In this document: piece by piece, positions 10,741 through 21,618 of the stretch
Layout: each line of letters starts with the position of its first letter
Numbering within the stretch: the first letter of the stretch is position 1
DNA from: Bugula neritina
Lineage: Eukaryota > Animalia > Bryozoa
Assembly: GCA_964035545.1 (NCBI GenBank)
Contig: OZ037765.1
Location: forward strand, 14,642,698 to 14,706,697
Direction: 5' to 3'
Length of the DNA stretch: 64,000 bases
Translations under genes and position numbers: made by a program
Notes under the pieces: generated by a model
Seen by the model: the letters and a program-made list of their open reading frames with translations, nothing else
Databases searched by the model: none
What the model was told of the DNA's origin: nothing

Positions 10741-12122
10741 AGGGGTATCGGTTTAGTCGCCGGCAGTCCTACCCTCTTGTAGTACTGGTTACAAGGGGGT
10801 AGGGGGTACTGGGGATATACATCCATCAGCCACGACACTCGCAACTAGTAGAAAGCCTTTTTTCTAATACATCTAGAGCATGGGAAAGTATCAGTGCAAA
10901 TAAAAAAATGAATGAAACACGTATTATATAAAAAAAAACTATTAATAATAAAATGGTACAAAATTTGGAAAGATTCTGCCATGAGACCTAAAATATCAAA
11001 GACATTACATGTCAATACGGACACGGCAAATGTCTAACATGTAATTAAACGGTCTGGCAGTACACCACATAAAAATATATAAAAAAAAAATAAAAAAATA
11101 CATATCAAGGAAATATCATGGGTATTCGGAGAAAAAATAGTTTAGAGATAACTGGGCACCTGGAGTAACAAAGCCGGTCCCTAGGATCTGCGGGACCTGT
11201 TCGTCAGACAGGATAGGGAGTCTTCAAGTTGACCCAGTTCACTAGTGGTAGCCAACAGCTGGGGCGTAAGCCTACCAAATCCAACTTCTAACTTGTGGAT
11301 ACAATGCTCCAATTTGCGGATGGGATCGATTAAGGTCAGAACCGGGGAACTAGGCATTTTTAGATTGACCTAATTTCTCATGTGCTTCCTCTGCTTCTCA
11401 TCAGATCTAGAATCCCGTGAAGGGAAGAGGGACCTGAGAGTAAAAAATTTGATTGCCATGGTATCTGCATCCATTCGGCATAGTACCGCTGGGTGTTCCG
11501 GACGAAGCTGATCAGGAGATGCTGACTTTATGCCCTCTCCGTATAGGTGGGGTTTTGGAAGCAGCCCTTTTGTGATGACCTGAGGTAAAAAAAATCTGCT
11601 AGACAGGGCAGTCAGTTTATCTGGATCATTGGTCAGTGGCCGGATAACGGCGAAAATTTTCGGGAATGTAGGCTTGTCAATGTCAAAAAGGTGCTCGTTG
11701 TAACATCCTGTGGCCTGCTGATGACATGTTATGAAGGTTCTATAATAATTGTGCTCCCCACAAAGGTCAAAAGGTCGCAGTGAAGTGTTGGGGTACGTGG
11801 TGTTTTAGGTCTTGTGGAGTGCTGAAAATCCGCTGGCACAGCCTGCAGGATGTATTATCTGAATCTCCCCAAGCAGCTCTCATCTTGCGATCAGTTACTG
11901 CATAGATCTACCCAGTGCCATCATCGACGGAGAGGAGCGGGTAGTATTTCCTCTTAAGGGTGAAGGAGACTGGTACAAGAAAAAGAAGAGGATTGTCTCT
12001 TCAGCATGAGGTCGTCGTTTTAAACAATCTCGAGTGACGATGGAGTACCTGTGAGAGCAGGTCGAGTGAGATCTAAAAATGCAGAATCAGGGTTAGATCT
12101 ACATAGATCTTTGTACTCCAAT
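10741..12122 (-). mobile_element. Old Gypsy copy A, 3' part (LTR end plus decayed ORF3); continues at 28870
   Basis: 10800-10900 resembles 34680-34780 and the PPT region at 13014-13050. The minus strand at 11640-11763 translates to CGEHNYYRTFITCHQQATGCYNEHLFDIDKPTFPKIFAVIR, homologous to ORF3. Confidence 0.75.
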
Positions 12123-12708
12123 AGACGATGTATGTTTGGTACAATTAGTACCTTGTACTAAATCTAAAACACTCACCACTATAACTTATATAAACTTCTG
12201 CAAGTTCAAATGCAAAATGCATACTTCTAGAAAATAGCTGTGCAACTTTTATTACATGCATTATTTTATTTCATATCTTAACTTTATAAACCATGAGTTC
12301 ATTTTTCAAAATGTTTAAATTAAATGCTTAAAAAATGCATTTAAAAAATGTATTCCTGCAAAAATGCCCTGGAGCAGCTTGACCACAACCCCAGCTGTTC
12401 TGGCAAAACACATTTAATGGTTTTTTTATTGACATAGTGGTGAATGAGCTAGTTGTTTTTGGCAGTTGAATATAGCCACGTTGCAGGCAATTTTATACGA
12501 TTCTGATTGGCTGGACTCTACATGACCAGCTAATGATTGTATCTGATAGGCCTAATAATGCATTTGTTTTTGAAAATGTAGAGTTTTATATGAGTTATAG
12601 TGGTGATATTTTAGAGTTGGTACACGCCCCTTTTTGGTTGAGTTTTATAGTCTGATCATGCTGTAGTCATCGATACAACACTTGAGTGTATGGGGAAATT
12701 ATTAGTAT

Positions 12709-13013
12709 TGTTATAATTTCCAGATTTAGGGTTGATGTGCTATCCAGAGAGTCTATTTATTTACTATAGAACTGCACCAGGATAAGTCGAGTGAACGAGT
12801 ATATTTTACACACAATTATACATTACAAAAACGACACATTATTTCCAAACAAGTTACACATCTAATCTATTTCACACTCTAGCTTCGACTGCGTTAGCAG
12901 CGGGAAACTACAATTGCTGCTAACTATCAACTACGCTAATTGGCTATCCATTGTTCCGGGTCAATTACGCGACCCTACATGTTGTGCTGCTGGTAGTTCC
13001 ACGAACCACCACA
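12709..13013 (-). repeat. 3' LTR (305 bp)
   Basis: TG...CA direct repeat of 19910-20214. Confidence 0.96.
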
Positions 13014-13299
13014 CCGCCCCCACCAGCAGAAAGCCATCTTTCTGATATATATAAAAAAAACATTCAATAGTAATGGCATACATCAGTGGACAAAATAATA
13101 CATAATATACAGGAAGAGACATAATAATAGACAGAGTCATTATAACGATCCGTTGCATACAAATGGCCAGCTGTAGATAGACGAGGAATACTAGCTAGCT
13201 GTGGTATTAGACAAGGAATAACCTGTCTAGCAGTTAAGCATTTGCACGATCTTGGTTCCTCACAAGTTGTGAAGTTGCGGAGTATTCTGAGTAGCCTAA

Positions 13300-14087
13300 C
13301 TAGAGTCCTTGTTGGGCACGCCTGTGCTTGGCTTGGCATGTACGCAGTTTCCGTTTCATACGGCATACGGATCCCTTTAGCTGGAAGAGTCCTGTTGTAG
13401 TGTTAAGTAGATCTGGTGCCAGCTGGGTGAACTCTTCTTGTAATCGTAGGAGGCGTTCTTCTACTGTAGCCAGGCGTACTGGGTCTGGGGACGGTGTCCG
13501 TCTGTGGCGCAAGGGTGGACTGGGGGACCTGGTTCGTCTCTTCGCCGGTGTGGGGGATATCTCTCCTTCTTCTGGATATGTAATTTCTTCGGGGGTGTAT
13601 GTAATTTGAGGACGGTCAGACACCAACGGGGATTGCTGGCGGGCGTTGTCTAACACACGTTGGAACCCCGAGGACAGAACGGCTAACAACATGGCCTTCT
13701 TCACCAGAGGTCGTATAAGTGTGAGGAACTCCGGGTATAGCTTAGCGTCGACCACGTAGTTTTCTCCAGGGAAACAGCCCGCCGCTCGGTGTCTGGTGAC
13801 GGGGTAGGGATACACATCATTGTACCCGCAGGGGCAGAATGTTAGTAGGAGATGAGCATTGACGTGTAGTTTAAGGGAGCGGTGAGAGGCGCAATCTTCA
13901 CCACAGATCTGGCATCTCGTCCGTCCTCTGGACCCCCAGGCCGTTTCTATTTCTTCCTCTGTTTGTGGAGACACCCACCGCCAACGGCGGCGTAGTGGCT
14001 CAGGCCGGTCACCACTAGCATACTCCTCCGGATACGGAGCGGGAAGTGTTCTATCCCGTACCCTGGTTGTAGCGGGTCGAGTGTAAT
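13300..14087 (-). CDS. Gypsy ORF3: C2H2 plus C2HC zinc-finger, RSP-rich and coiled-coil protein (exon 2 of a predicted spliced mRNA; exon 1 = 19878-19836)
   Basis: ORF 13300-14121 has no N-terminal ATG. Contains CQICGEDCASHRSLKLHVNAH, FCPCG-x11-H-x4-C, RRTRSPSPPLRHRRTPSP and a C-terminal heptad region. Acceptor TTTTTCAG ends at 14088. Homologues in three other copies. Confidence 0.8.
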
Positions 14088-14401
14088 CTGAAAAAGTTTC
14101 AACAGTGTTAATACAGTACACTGCTGTGTTGTCAGCTTGAACAGCTTGGCAACTCCTAATTCAGTTACCTCGTAGAGATTAATGGTAGTGAATAGTCAGA
14201 TAGAACACGTATTGCAATGAGATTATAAAAATCTCTAAGTCAAACTGAGTTCTTACTACGGTATTTCACTAACCTATCTCCAACTCGATTGACTCAGTGA
14301 GTCAGAGCTGAGCGATGCAATCTAGTTTCGTATTAAGATATAGTTAACTCACCCCACGATCTGTTGTCGTAAGACATACTGAATGTGTGAAATGGTTTGA
14401 A

Positions 14402-17400
14402 CTACTGCTTAGAAACACGTCTACTCCTGACTGCATCAGCGTATGAAAAGATCGAGCAACGTGGTTGGGGTGCGTGATTAAGACTTTGTGCACCCGGCGG
14501 ATGAATTTTGTTTCTATTTCCGCCGATACAAAAGTTGATATTTCCGTGGTGTTGACAACTCCCACATTTGCTCGATTCTTTTCTCGTACGGTTTTCCCCT
14601 AGACTTTCATGTGTGCCGCTTTTAACGCAGTCACATACGAAGTCCTTCAAGTATGCGGGGGGTTGCCTCGTACGCTGTCCCCTTTCTAGGGGGGGTGACA
14701 CGCTTGCCGGTTCGTTAGTAGGGGCCTCTAATGGCGTCTCTACTTCACCGTTAGCGGTCACCTCTTCTTGTTCTCCGGATGGAGCCCCTCCCTCCGTGGG
14801 GGTTTGCACTTCCGGAACCGGCTCGGTTTCTGGAAGTGATGGAATTAGACTTGGTGGTGGCGGACACGCTTCTGTGGGTAGAAGCTGCCGCTCCTCTCTC
14901 ACCAAGTTTTCTTCCCGCGGTATGACCACTTCGTATTCAGGTCCATGCCGCCGTCGCCCGCGCGTTGTTGTCTGCCTCCTGGGCTCTAACAACGGGGGGG
15001 GGACTTCGCCCACTCCGCCGGGGCTAGCCCAATACGGTTTCAAGCGAGACTCATTCTGGATAGATACCTGTCCTGAGCGCTCAATCTTGTACGTATGATT
15101 GGGCATAGCCTCGACAACCACGTAGGGGCCTACGAACTTAGGCTTCAGCTTATCAGCCTGTCCGCGGCGCCTACGATAATTGACCATCCACACCTTATCT
15201 CCCTTTTGATAGAGGGGTGGTTCATCGGAATCTTCGTGCCGCACCTTCCACTGCTGTTGGCGCAGTATCTCGTGTACGGCCTTCATCCGCTCCACTAGTT
15301 CACTGGCATACTCGTGGACTGAGTTATCTTGCTCTGGAACGTGATAGGTGAGATGGTCGGGGACACGAGTCTCTCTCCCGAGCATCAAGAGGTTTGGGGT
15401 CTCACCAGTACTGGTGTGTGGGGTGCTACGGTATGCACGCATGACTTGCGGCAACACCGTATCCCATTCCTCTTGACCTCGTCCAAGGAGGAGACTCCGG
15501 AGTGCATCACCTAGCATCCGGTTGTTGCGCTCCACCACCCCGTTACCTTGAGGGTGGTAGGGGGTGGTCCTGCTCTGATTTACTCCCCAGAGGTGGCAAA
15601 GGTCGCTCATCAGTTGAGACTGGAATTGAGCGCCTTGATCAGAGTGTATCTGTTCGGGAAGCCCAAAATAACAGAATACATGTTGGTCTAGCGCCCTGGC
15701 CACTGTTGGGGCTGATGCATCTGGGATAGCCAGAGCATCCGCCCACCTAGTAAAGTGGTCGGTTAGTACTAGGATCCAATTATTGCCTCTGGGGGTCAGG
15801 GGCATGGGTCCGACCAGGTCTACAGCGACTACTTGCCAGGGCCTACCAGCATATAGCCTCCGCCGTCCTGCTTCACCAGGGGGGCGGCTATGCTTACTGG
15901 CCTGGCAGATCTCACACTGTTTGACTCTGAGCCGGACGTCACGCTCCATCTGCGGCCAATACCACCGGAGTCGTAATTTGGATATCACTCGCTTGACCCC
16001 TGCGTGGGCCTGCTTGTGAGTATCCCAAATCAACTCACGGCGGATGGCTGTGGGGCAGACTACCCTCTTCCTTTCCGGGTGTCTGCCGCTGGCAGCTAGA
16101 GAGATGGTTAGCAACCCATCCTGCCCGATCCGCAGCGAGTCCCAACGCTGACAGTATAGCCGGAACTCGGCGCATCCCTGTCGTATGCGTTCCTCGCTGG
16201 GTCGTCGCCCTTCCCTTTTGGCCCGGTATATGTCTGCCACGACTCCAGGCAGCTCTTCTTGGAGCTTCTTCAGCTCTCGAACATTACCGGCCAGTACAGG
16301 GTTGGCACGGAGGTTTTGTACATCCTCCGGGGACTCATCAACTCTTTGCCTGAGTTGACCTTGATCCCAGTCAAACGGTGCTCCGTGATGAGCCAGCGTC
16401 TCCAACTCGCATCGTGGGGGACCTCCATCCCTCCTCTCGATGTTGAGACACTGTTTGCAACCTCCGTCAGGTCGGCGACTCAACCCATCCGCATTGCTGT
16501 GTCTCTTGCCCGGTCGATGTTCGATCCGGTATGAGAATTCAGCTAGGATTTCGAGCCACCGGGCGACCTGACTAGAGGGCTCTGCTCTCCTGCACAACCA
16601 GATCAGCGAGGCATGATCCGTACGCAGCCGGAACTTCCTGCCATATAGGTATGGTCTGAAGTGCTTCACTGACTTGATTACTGCCAGCAGCTCCTTGCGG
16701 GTAGTGCAGTAATTTCGTTCAGCGGGAGAGAGAGACTTGCTGTAGTAGGCTACTACTACCTCTCGGCCTTCCTGCACCTGTGACAGCACAGCGCCAACAT
16801 TCTGGTCACTGGCGTCCGTGTCTAGGATGTACTCCAGAGTGGGGTATGGGTAGGCCAAGATGGGCGCCGTTAGGAGGCAGCCCTTGAGGCGGTCGAACGC
16901 TTCTTGTTCGACTGAAGTCCACTGCCACGTCACCCCCTTTGCGGTGAGCCGGTTTAGCGGCTGGGCTATGCCCGCAAAGTCTGGTATGTATTGCCTGTAA
17001 TACCCTACCAGCCCCAAGAAAGCCCGGAGTCCGGTCAAGTCTTGGGGGGTGACCCAGTCTTCTACTGCCCGTACCTTTTCGGGATCCGTTGCCACGCCGT
17101 TTCGACCGACAACGTGCCCCAGATACTTGACCTCCGGCTGCAATAGAGCGCACTTGGAAGGTTTGAGCTTAAGACCGGCACCTCGGAGTCTCTCGAAAAC
17201 CTCCTGCAAACGACTGACATGTGTCTTGAAGTCTGGAGAGATTACGATGACATCATCGAGGTAGACCAGCAGTGTCTTCCAATGGAGTCCGCTAAGGACT
17301 TGTTCCATCAGCCTCTGGAAGGTGGCTGGGGCGGAGGTTAACCCGAAGGGCAGCACCTTCCACTTCCACAAACCATCCCGTGTGATAAACGCCGCTTTCT

Positions 17401-18976
17401 CTTGGGCGTCGGGACTCAGAGGAACCTGCCAATAGCCGCTTAGCAAGTCTAACGTACTGAAGTACTTGCTGCCGGCTAGGGCGTCCAATGACTCGTCAAT
17501 ACGAGGTAGAGGGTAGGCGTCCTGTATGGTTACGCTATTGAGTTTGCGGTAGTCCACACAGAACCGCCAACTGCCGTCTTTCTTCCGGACCAGTACGACT
17601 GGCGAGCTCCACGCACTATGGGCGGGCTCTATCAGTCCCCGGTCCAGAAGATCCCGTACTTGTCGGCTAACCTCCTTCTCTTTCTCCGGCCCCAGCCTGC
17701 GTGTGGGCTGCCGGACAGGGACTGTCCCTGCAGTCAGCGGTATTTCGTGTCTGACAATTCCAGTCAGTCCCACGTCATGCTCTCCGCTGCTGAACACATC
17801 ACCGTAGTCGCGTAGTAACTTAGCCATAGCTTGGCGTTCTTTGTTACTCGCGCAGCCGCCACTGGCTGTTTCGTATAACTCCCGGAGATGTGTTGGGACT
17901 GCCCCCCGTCCCTGAATAGGGCACTGAGGGGGTGCCTCCGTCGCATCACCCAGCGACGGGCCTACGTCTCCCTCCTGAACAGAGTGAAAACGGCCCAGCA
18001 TCGACCCAGCCGGGAGCTTGATAGGCTCGGTAAAGGGGTTGACACACTGCACTAAGATCTCCCCTTGCTCAGTCAGCTGATTCAGACTGCTGGCAAGTTG
18101 GATCTTTTCGTGCCCGCCTTCAACCACCCCGAGTCCAGAGATCCGGCTACTATTCACCCTGCAGTGAATGGTAGCCCGGGAGCGGCCTGGTATGATACGG
18201 TTGCGTACCACTTGCACACCTCCCACTAAAGGGCGGCCGAACTTGTCGACGCAGGTGAGTTCCCGCCCGGACATCATCATTGCAGATCTGCTAAAATCTA
18301 TGTGACATCCGTGCCGTTTAAGGAACGGCATCCCGAGGATAGCATCCTCCTTGAGCTGACTGACGATGAACGTCTCTTGGATCGTTTGATCACGGACTCG
18401 TCCCGTCAGCTCAATTATACCATAGAAGGGAAGGCACGACCCGTCAGCGAGGGTGCCGTATTCCCCTTCATATGCTTCCATCTCGCCCCTGACCCTAGTA
18501 CTGAGGGTGTCGAAGAGCTGGCGGCTTAAGAGGTTTGTGGTACAGCCCGAATCAATGAGGAAAGTAACAGCTTTGCCTTCCAGTTTACCGGGCAAGAAAT
18601 AGCTGTTCCCATGGGGCTGCACCTGAACTCTCCCTTCAGGCCTTACTCTCGCAGGGAGTACCTCCCTCGCTTTGGGTCGCGAAGGAGGTCTCTTAGAGCG
18701 GTGGTAGGTAGGCCTCGGAGGTGCCGAGGCTAGATTCTCAGCTACCTTTGTGGGCTCCCATCCAGATTCTTGGACTTGTAGCCCTGTGAATCTGTTGTGA
18801 AGGGGCATAGAAAAGGCAGCTGCGGGGCGAAACCCCTTGCTGGTCCGTCGTGGCTGTTGCCACTGTTGGTTGCCAGTACGCGGTACCCGTCTGGGTGACC
18901 TGCGTTTCTTCTTCCCTGGAGGTTTCATCGTCGGCCCGCGGAAGGTGGGAACATCTGCGGGCCGCGGTAGTTTAAC
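14402..18976 (-). CDS. pol: Pol polyprotein (protease, RT, RNase H, integrase with GPY/F module)
   Basis: 1544-aa ORF: LIDSGC; LDLLSGYWQ, PFGL, YLDD; LDTDASD..ELLA..TDH..NADGLSR; HKQAH..CEIC; VDLVGP/HSDQG/VVER; FVGPY. Confidence 0.97.
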   Translation of the reverse strand, partial: VKLPRPADVPTFRGPTMKPPGKKKRRSPRRVPRTGNQQWQQPRRTSKGFRPAAAFSMPLHNRFTGLQVQESGWEPTKVAENLASAPPRPTYHRSKRPPSRPKAREVLPARVRPEGRVQVQPHGNSYFLPGKLEGKAVTFLIDSGCTTNLLSRQLFDTLSTRVRGEMEAYEGEYGTLADGSCLPFYGIIELTGRVRDQTIQETFIVSQLKEDAILGMPFLKRHGCHIDFSRSAMMMSGRELTCVDKFGRPLVGGVQVVRNRIIPGRSRATIHCRVNSSRISGLGVVEGGHEKIQLASSLNQLTEQGEILVQCVNPFTEPIKLPAGSMLGRFHSVQEGDVGPSLGDATEAPPQCPIQGRGAVPTHLRELYETASGGCASNKERQAMAKLLRDYGDVFSSGEHDVGLTGIVRHEIPLTAGTVPVRQPTRRLGPEKEKEVSRQVRDLLDRGLIEPAHSAWSSPVVLVRKKDGSWRFCVDYRKLNSVTIQDAYPLPRIDESLDALAGSKYFSTLDLLSGYWQVPLSPDAQEKAAFITRDGLWKWKVLPFGLTSAPATFQRLMEQVLSGLHWKTLLVYLDDVIVISPDFKTHVSRLQEVFERLRGAGLKLKPSKCALLQPEVKYLGHVVGRNGVATDPEKVRAVEDWVTPQDLTGLRAFLGLVGYYRQYIPDFAGIAQPLNRLTAKGVTWQWTSVEQEAFDRLKGCLLTAPILAYPYPTLEYILDTDASDQNVGAVLSQVQEGREVVVAYYSKSLSPAERNYCTTRKELLAVIKSVKHFRPYLYGRKFRLRTDHASLIWLCRRAEPSSQVARWLEILAEFSYRIEHRPGKRHSNADGLSRRPDGGCKQCLNIERRDGGPPRCELETLAHHGAPFDWDQGQLRQRVDESPEDVQNLRANPVLAGNVRELKKLQEELPGVVADIYRAKREGRRPSEERIRQGCAEFRLYCQRWDSLRIGQDGLLTISLAASGRHPERKRVVCPTAIRRELIWDTHKQAHAGVKRVISKLRLRWYWPQMERDVRLRVKQCEICQASKHSRPPGEAGRRRLYAGRPWQVVAVDLVGPMPLTPRGNNWILVLTDHFTRWADALAIPDASAPTVARALDQHVFCYFGLPEQIHSDQGAQFQSQLMSDLCHLWGVNQSRTTPYHPQGNGVVERNNRMLGDALRSLLLGRGQEEWDTVLPQVMRAYRSTPHTSTGETPNLLMLGRETRVPDHLTYHVPEQDNSVHEYASELVERMKAVHEILRQQQWKVRHEDSDEPPLYQKGDKVWMVNYRRRRGQADKLKPKFVGPYVVVEAMPNHTYKIERSGQVSIQNESRLKPYWASPGGVGEVPPPLLEPRRQTTTRGRRRHGPEYEVVIPREENLVREERQLLPTEACPPPPSLIPSLPETEPVPEVQTPTEGGAPSGEQEEVTANGEVETPLEAPTNEPASVSPPLERGQRTRQPPAYLKDFVCDCVKSGTHESLGENRTRKESSKCGSCQHHGNINFCIGGNRNKIHPPGAQSLNHAPQPRCSIFSYADAVRSRRVSKQ

Positions 18977-19878
18977 CCCTGATTTAGGAAGGGACAATAT
19001 CGGCGGAAATGTCCTTGATTTCCGCACTCCCAGCAAAAACTGACTGTTTCTCCCTGTGGCGGCGCCGATGGCCGCATGGGCTCAGGGGCGGTACTCACTG
19101 GGTTTTGTGGTGTCAGTGTTGCTATCAGCTTGGCTAGCATGTCTGTCAGTTGAGTGACTTTTGATGCCGTCGCCAACTGGGACACGGCAGCCGCGGCGGG
19201 GGTTTCCTCCCCTTGTCCCGCGGCCGTGTCTGCGCGGTCTATCTCCACTTGACGGGAGCTTCCGCGACTTTTATGCATTTGATTAGCTAGGAGGTAAGCT
19301 TCCCCCTCAGTCAGAGCATCTTCAACGGTGGTGACTCCCCTAGCTAGAAACTGGTGGTGGAGACCCAGATCGTCGACAGATGCTATGAAAGCGTCGAGGG
19401 TGTACCTCTCGCGGTTGACTGGGGGCAAGTCGCTGTACGCGATCTGTGCCAGCTTCATGACCGCGGCGGCATGCTCCCGCAGCGGGGTGCGGGAATCACG
19501 CCGCAACCTCTGCAATCGGGCCCTGGCATCTGTAGCAGAGAGGCCAAAGCGGGCCCGCAGAGAAGCAAAGATATTATCAATGTCTACACCCAGCCCATAG
19601 GGCTTGGCTTTGTCCATCAATGCCATTCTAAGCTTCAGCAAGGCCACCCTAGGGGGCCACTGAGCGACGTCCATTACGTCGCTAAACTCTTGGATAAATT
19701 GTTCCACCTCCTCTTCACCCGTGAAGGTGGGCGCCTTTAACCTGTAGCGGTCTTCAGCTAGTTCTCGCGGAACCCTTCGCTCTTCTACTACATGGTTAAC
19801 AGGCATTGTCTCTACAGCATTGTCTCTACGCTCACCTTCGATTGCCGGTGGTTGAGTTCCAGCATTTTCAGTCTCCAT
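18925..19878 (-). CDS. gag: Gag with CCHC zinc knuckle
   Basis: 317 aa; APTFTGEEEVEQF capsid-like motif; CWECGNQGHFRRYC. Confidence 0.94.
   Translation of the reverse strand: METENAGTQPPAIEGERRDNAVETMPVNHVVEERRVPRELAEDRYRLKAPTFTGEEEVEQFIQEFSDVMDVAQWPPRVALLKLRMALMDKAKPYGLGVDIDNIFASLRARFGLSATDARARLQRLRRDSRTPLREHAAAVMKLAQIAYSDLPPVNRERYTLDAFIASVDDLGLHHQFLARGVTTVEDALTEGEAYLLANQMHKSRGSSRQVEIDRADTAAGQGEETPAAAAVSQLATASKVTQLTDMLAKLIATLTPQNPVSTAPEPMRPSAPPQGETVSFCWECGNQGHFRRYCPFLNQGLNYRGPQMFPPSAGRR
18932..18976 (-). promoter_or_regulatory. Predicted -1 frameshift signal (G UUA AAC plus GC-rich stem-loop)
   Basis: GTTAAAC at 18976-18970 shifts the gag frame to the pol frame. Stem CGGCCCGC/GCGGGCCG at 18964-18957 and 18939-18932. 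Confidence 0.75.
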
Positions 19879-19890
19879 CTTGGATGCACT

Positions 19891-19908
19891 ATCCCACCGC
19901 TGCCACCA
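19891..19908 (-). promoter_or_regulatory. Primer-binding site, tRNA-Leu 3' end
   Basis: TGGTGGCAGCGGTGGGAT, 1 nt from the LTR, is complementary to ATCCCACCGCTGCCA-CCA of tRNA-Leu(AAG/TAG). Confidence 0.92.
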
Positions 19909-19909
19909 C

Positions 19910-20214
19910 TGTTATAATTTCCAGATTTAGGGTTGATGTGCTATCCAGAGAGTCTATTTATTTACTATAGAACTGCACCAGGATAAGTCGAGTGAACGAG
20001 TATATTTTACACACAATTATACATTACAAAAACGACACATTATTTCCAAACAAGTTACACATCTAATCTATTTCACACTCTAGCTTCGACTGCGTTAGCA
20101 GCGGGAAACTACAATTGCTGCTAACTATCAACTACGCTAATTGGCTATCCATTGTTCCGGGTCAATTACGCGACCCTACATGTTGTGCTGCTGGTAGTTC
20201 CACGAACCACCACA
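19910..20214 (-). repeat. 5' LTR (305 bp)
   Basis: Direct repeat of 12709-13013. Confidence 0.96.
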
Positions 20215-21618
20215 GTATTACGAAATCTGTTTTGGCTTACTTTGCTATGCCAGTTTTCTGACTTGGTTTGTAAGCAACTATGTAGGCAGTTATAACTTAG
20301 GATGATTTCATCAAAGGTAGACATTACTTAGGCCTTAGAACATCAAATCAACCAGTGCTGTTACTTGGTTGTATTGTAAAGCATTATCGAGAGCATAGCG
20401 CACTAGCACAGTCACTGAGCTGCAATGGCAGTGCATGCTACACCAAACTTATCAGTTCTATTATAATATCTTATGTAAGGCACGTAAAACACTAGGCTAG
20501 TCTCTGTTAGTATGTAGAGCAGTAGCACAGTTACAGCAGTCACACCACCCTTCTCTATCCTGTCTACCTAGCACTGAGGTTGCAATAATGATAATCATTT
20601 CATGGTTTAGTTTTAAATCCATGCATACTACTAAATACATTCTCATAGTCTGGTTATTTTGTGTGCTTCAGTTTACTTTGATGTACTTATTCAAAAAATT
20701 ATTTCACACGCTCATTACAAATGCATTAGCCTAGCTATAGCCATAAATTATTTGCTTGTGTACCCAATACTATTTTATTTTAAATTTGTAGAACAGCATT
20801 TTTTTACTCCGTCACATATTCATCTGCATTGAGTTTAAATGCACAGGTATTAGCAATAGATAATGTAGACATTTTGTATAAAAATGAGTATTAGCATGTA
20901 GTGCCTTGCATGTGGGTCTATATTGTTAGTTGGTATTATCACCATGGTACCATGTTGATAACCCTTTCTTGTATACGATTTACTTAGCTAAACAGTATGA
21001 TTATTCTACAAATGTAATGACATCAGCCATGGGACAATATAGTTTAGTTTCTTTTAACTGTGAAGTAATGTTTTATGCAATTTGCCACGTTTGTATAAGT
21101 GATATTAAAGTTGAACTTCTCAGTCTCAAGTCATTGCTGGATGAAACATCTGTACTTAGCTCTGAAGCTAATGCAATAACATCAACAACTTTACTAATGA
21201 GTTTCCAATACATTTTTTAGTCAGTTGGGTAAAATACAAAGGCTTTCTCCTAATAATTTGGAATGTTAGAATAAACGGTCATTAAACATTGGGCTTGAAT
21301 ATTTTTTCATATTGTGTGATGCAACATGATAGCTACAGAGAAAATGTCGATTCCATCAAAACGAAGGCATTATATTTCAACGCTGACTGCATACAATATT
21401 GGTACTAACAGAATATTATTTATGCATAAGTTAGCATTTTATAAAATGAGTATCAAGTCTGAGCTGCCATTTACTTTCACCCAAAATCCTTCTCAACAAT
21501 CATTAAGATAAGCAGATATGACAAAAGTGTAATAATATCAGACTTTTATTTATAAAGCATAGTGGTATAGCACATACGTATACAATAGCACATAAAGAAG
21601 AATATTATTATAAAAGTG

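Larger units (their letters stand above)
12709..20214 (-). mobile_element. Full-length Ty3/Gypsy LTR retrotransposon with three ORFs, recent insertion
   Basis: 305-bp LTRs at 12709-13013 and 19910-20214, identical by eye. 4-bp TSD GTAT (12705-12708 and 20215-20218); the opposite TIR keeps the empty site with a single GTAT. PPT at 13014-13024; tRNA-Leu PBS. Confidence 0.97.
12123..20700 (+). repeat. Left TIR, 1,068 bp (12123-12708 plus 20219-20700), split by the Gypsy insertion
   Basis: Reverse complement of 27800-28867 with only about 5 mismatches seen by eye. Confidence 0.93.

Noticed and set aside
13300-14121. ORF3 as a retroviral-type env
   Set aside because: No signal peptide or hydrophobic transmembrane segment is visible; it has zinc fingers and basic tracts instead.
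5234-19740. Many antisense or overlapping short ORFs inside the GC-rich gag/pol regions
   Set aside because: Expected shadow ORFs with no recognisable motifs.
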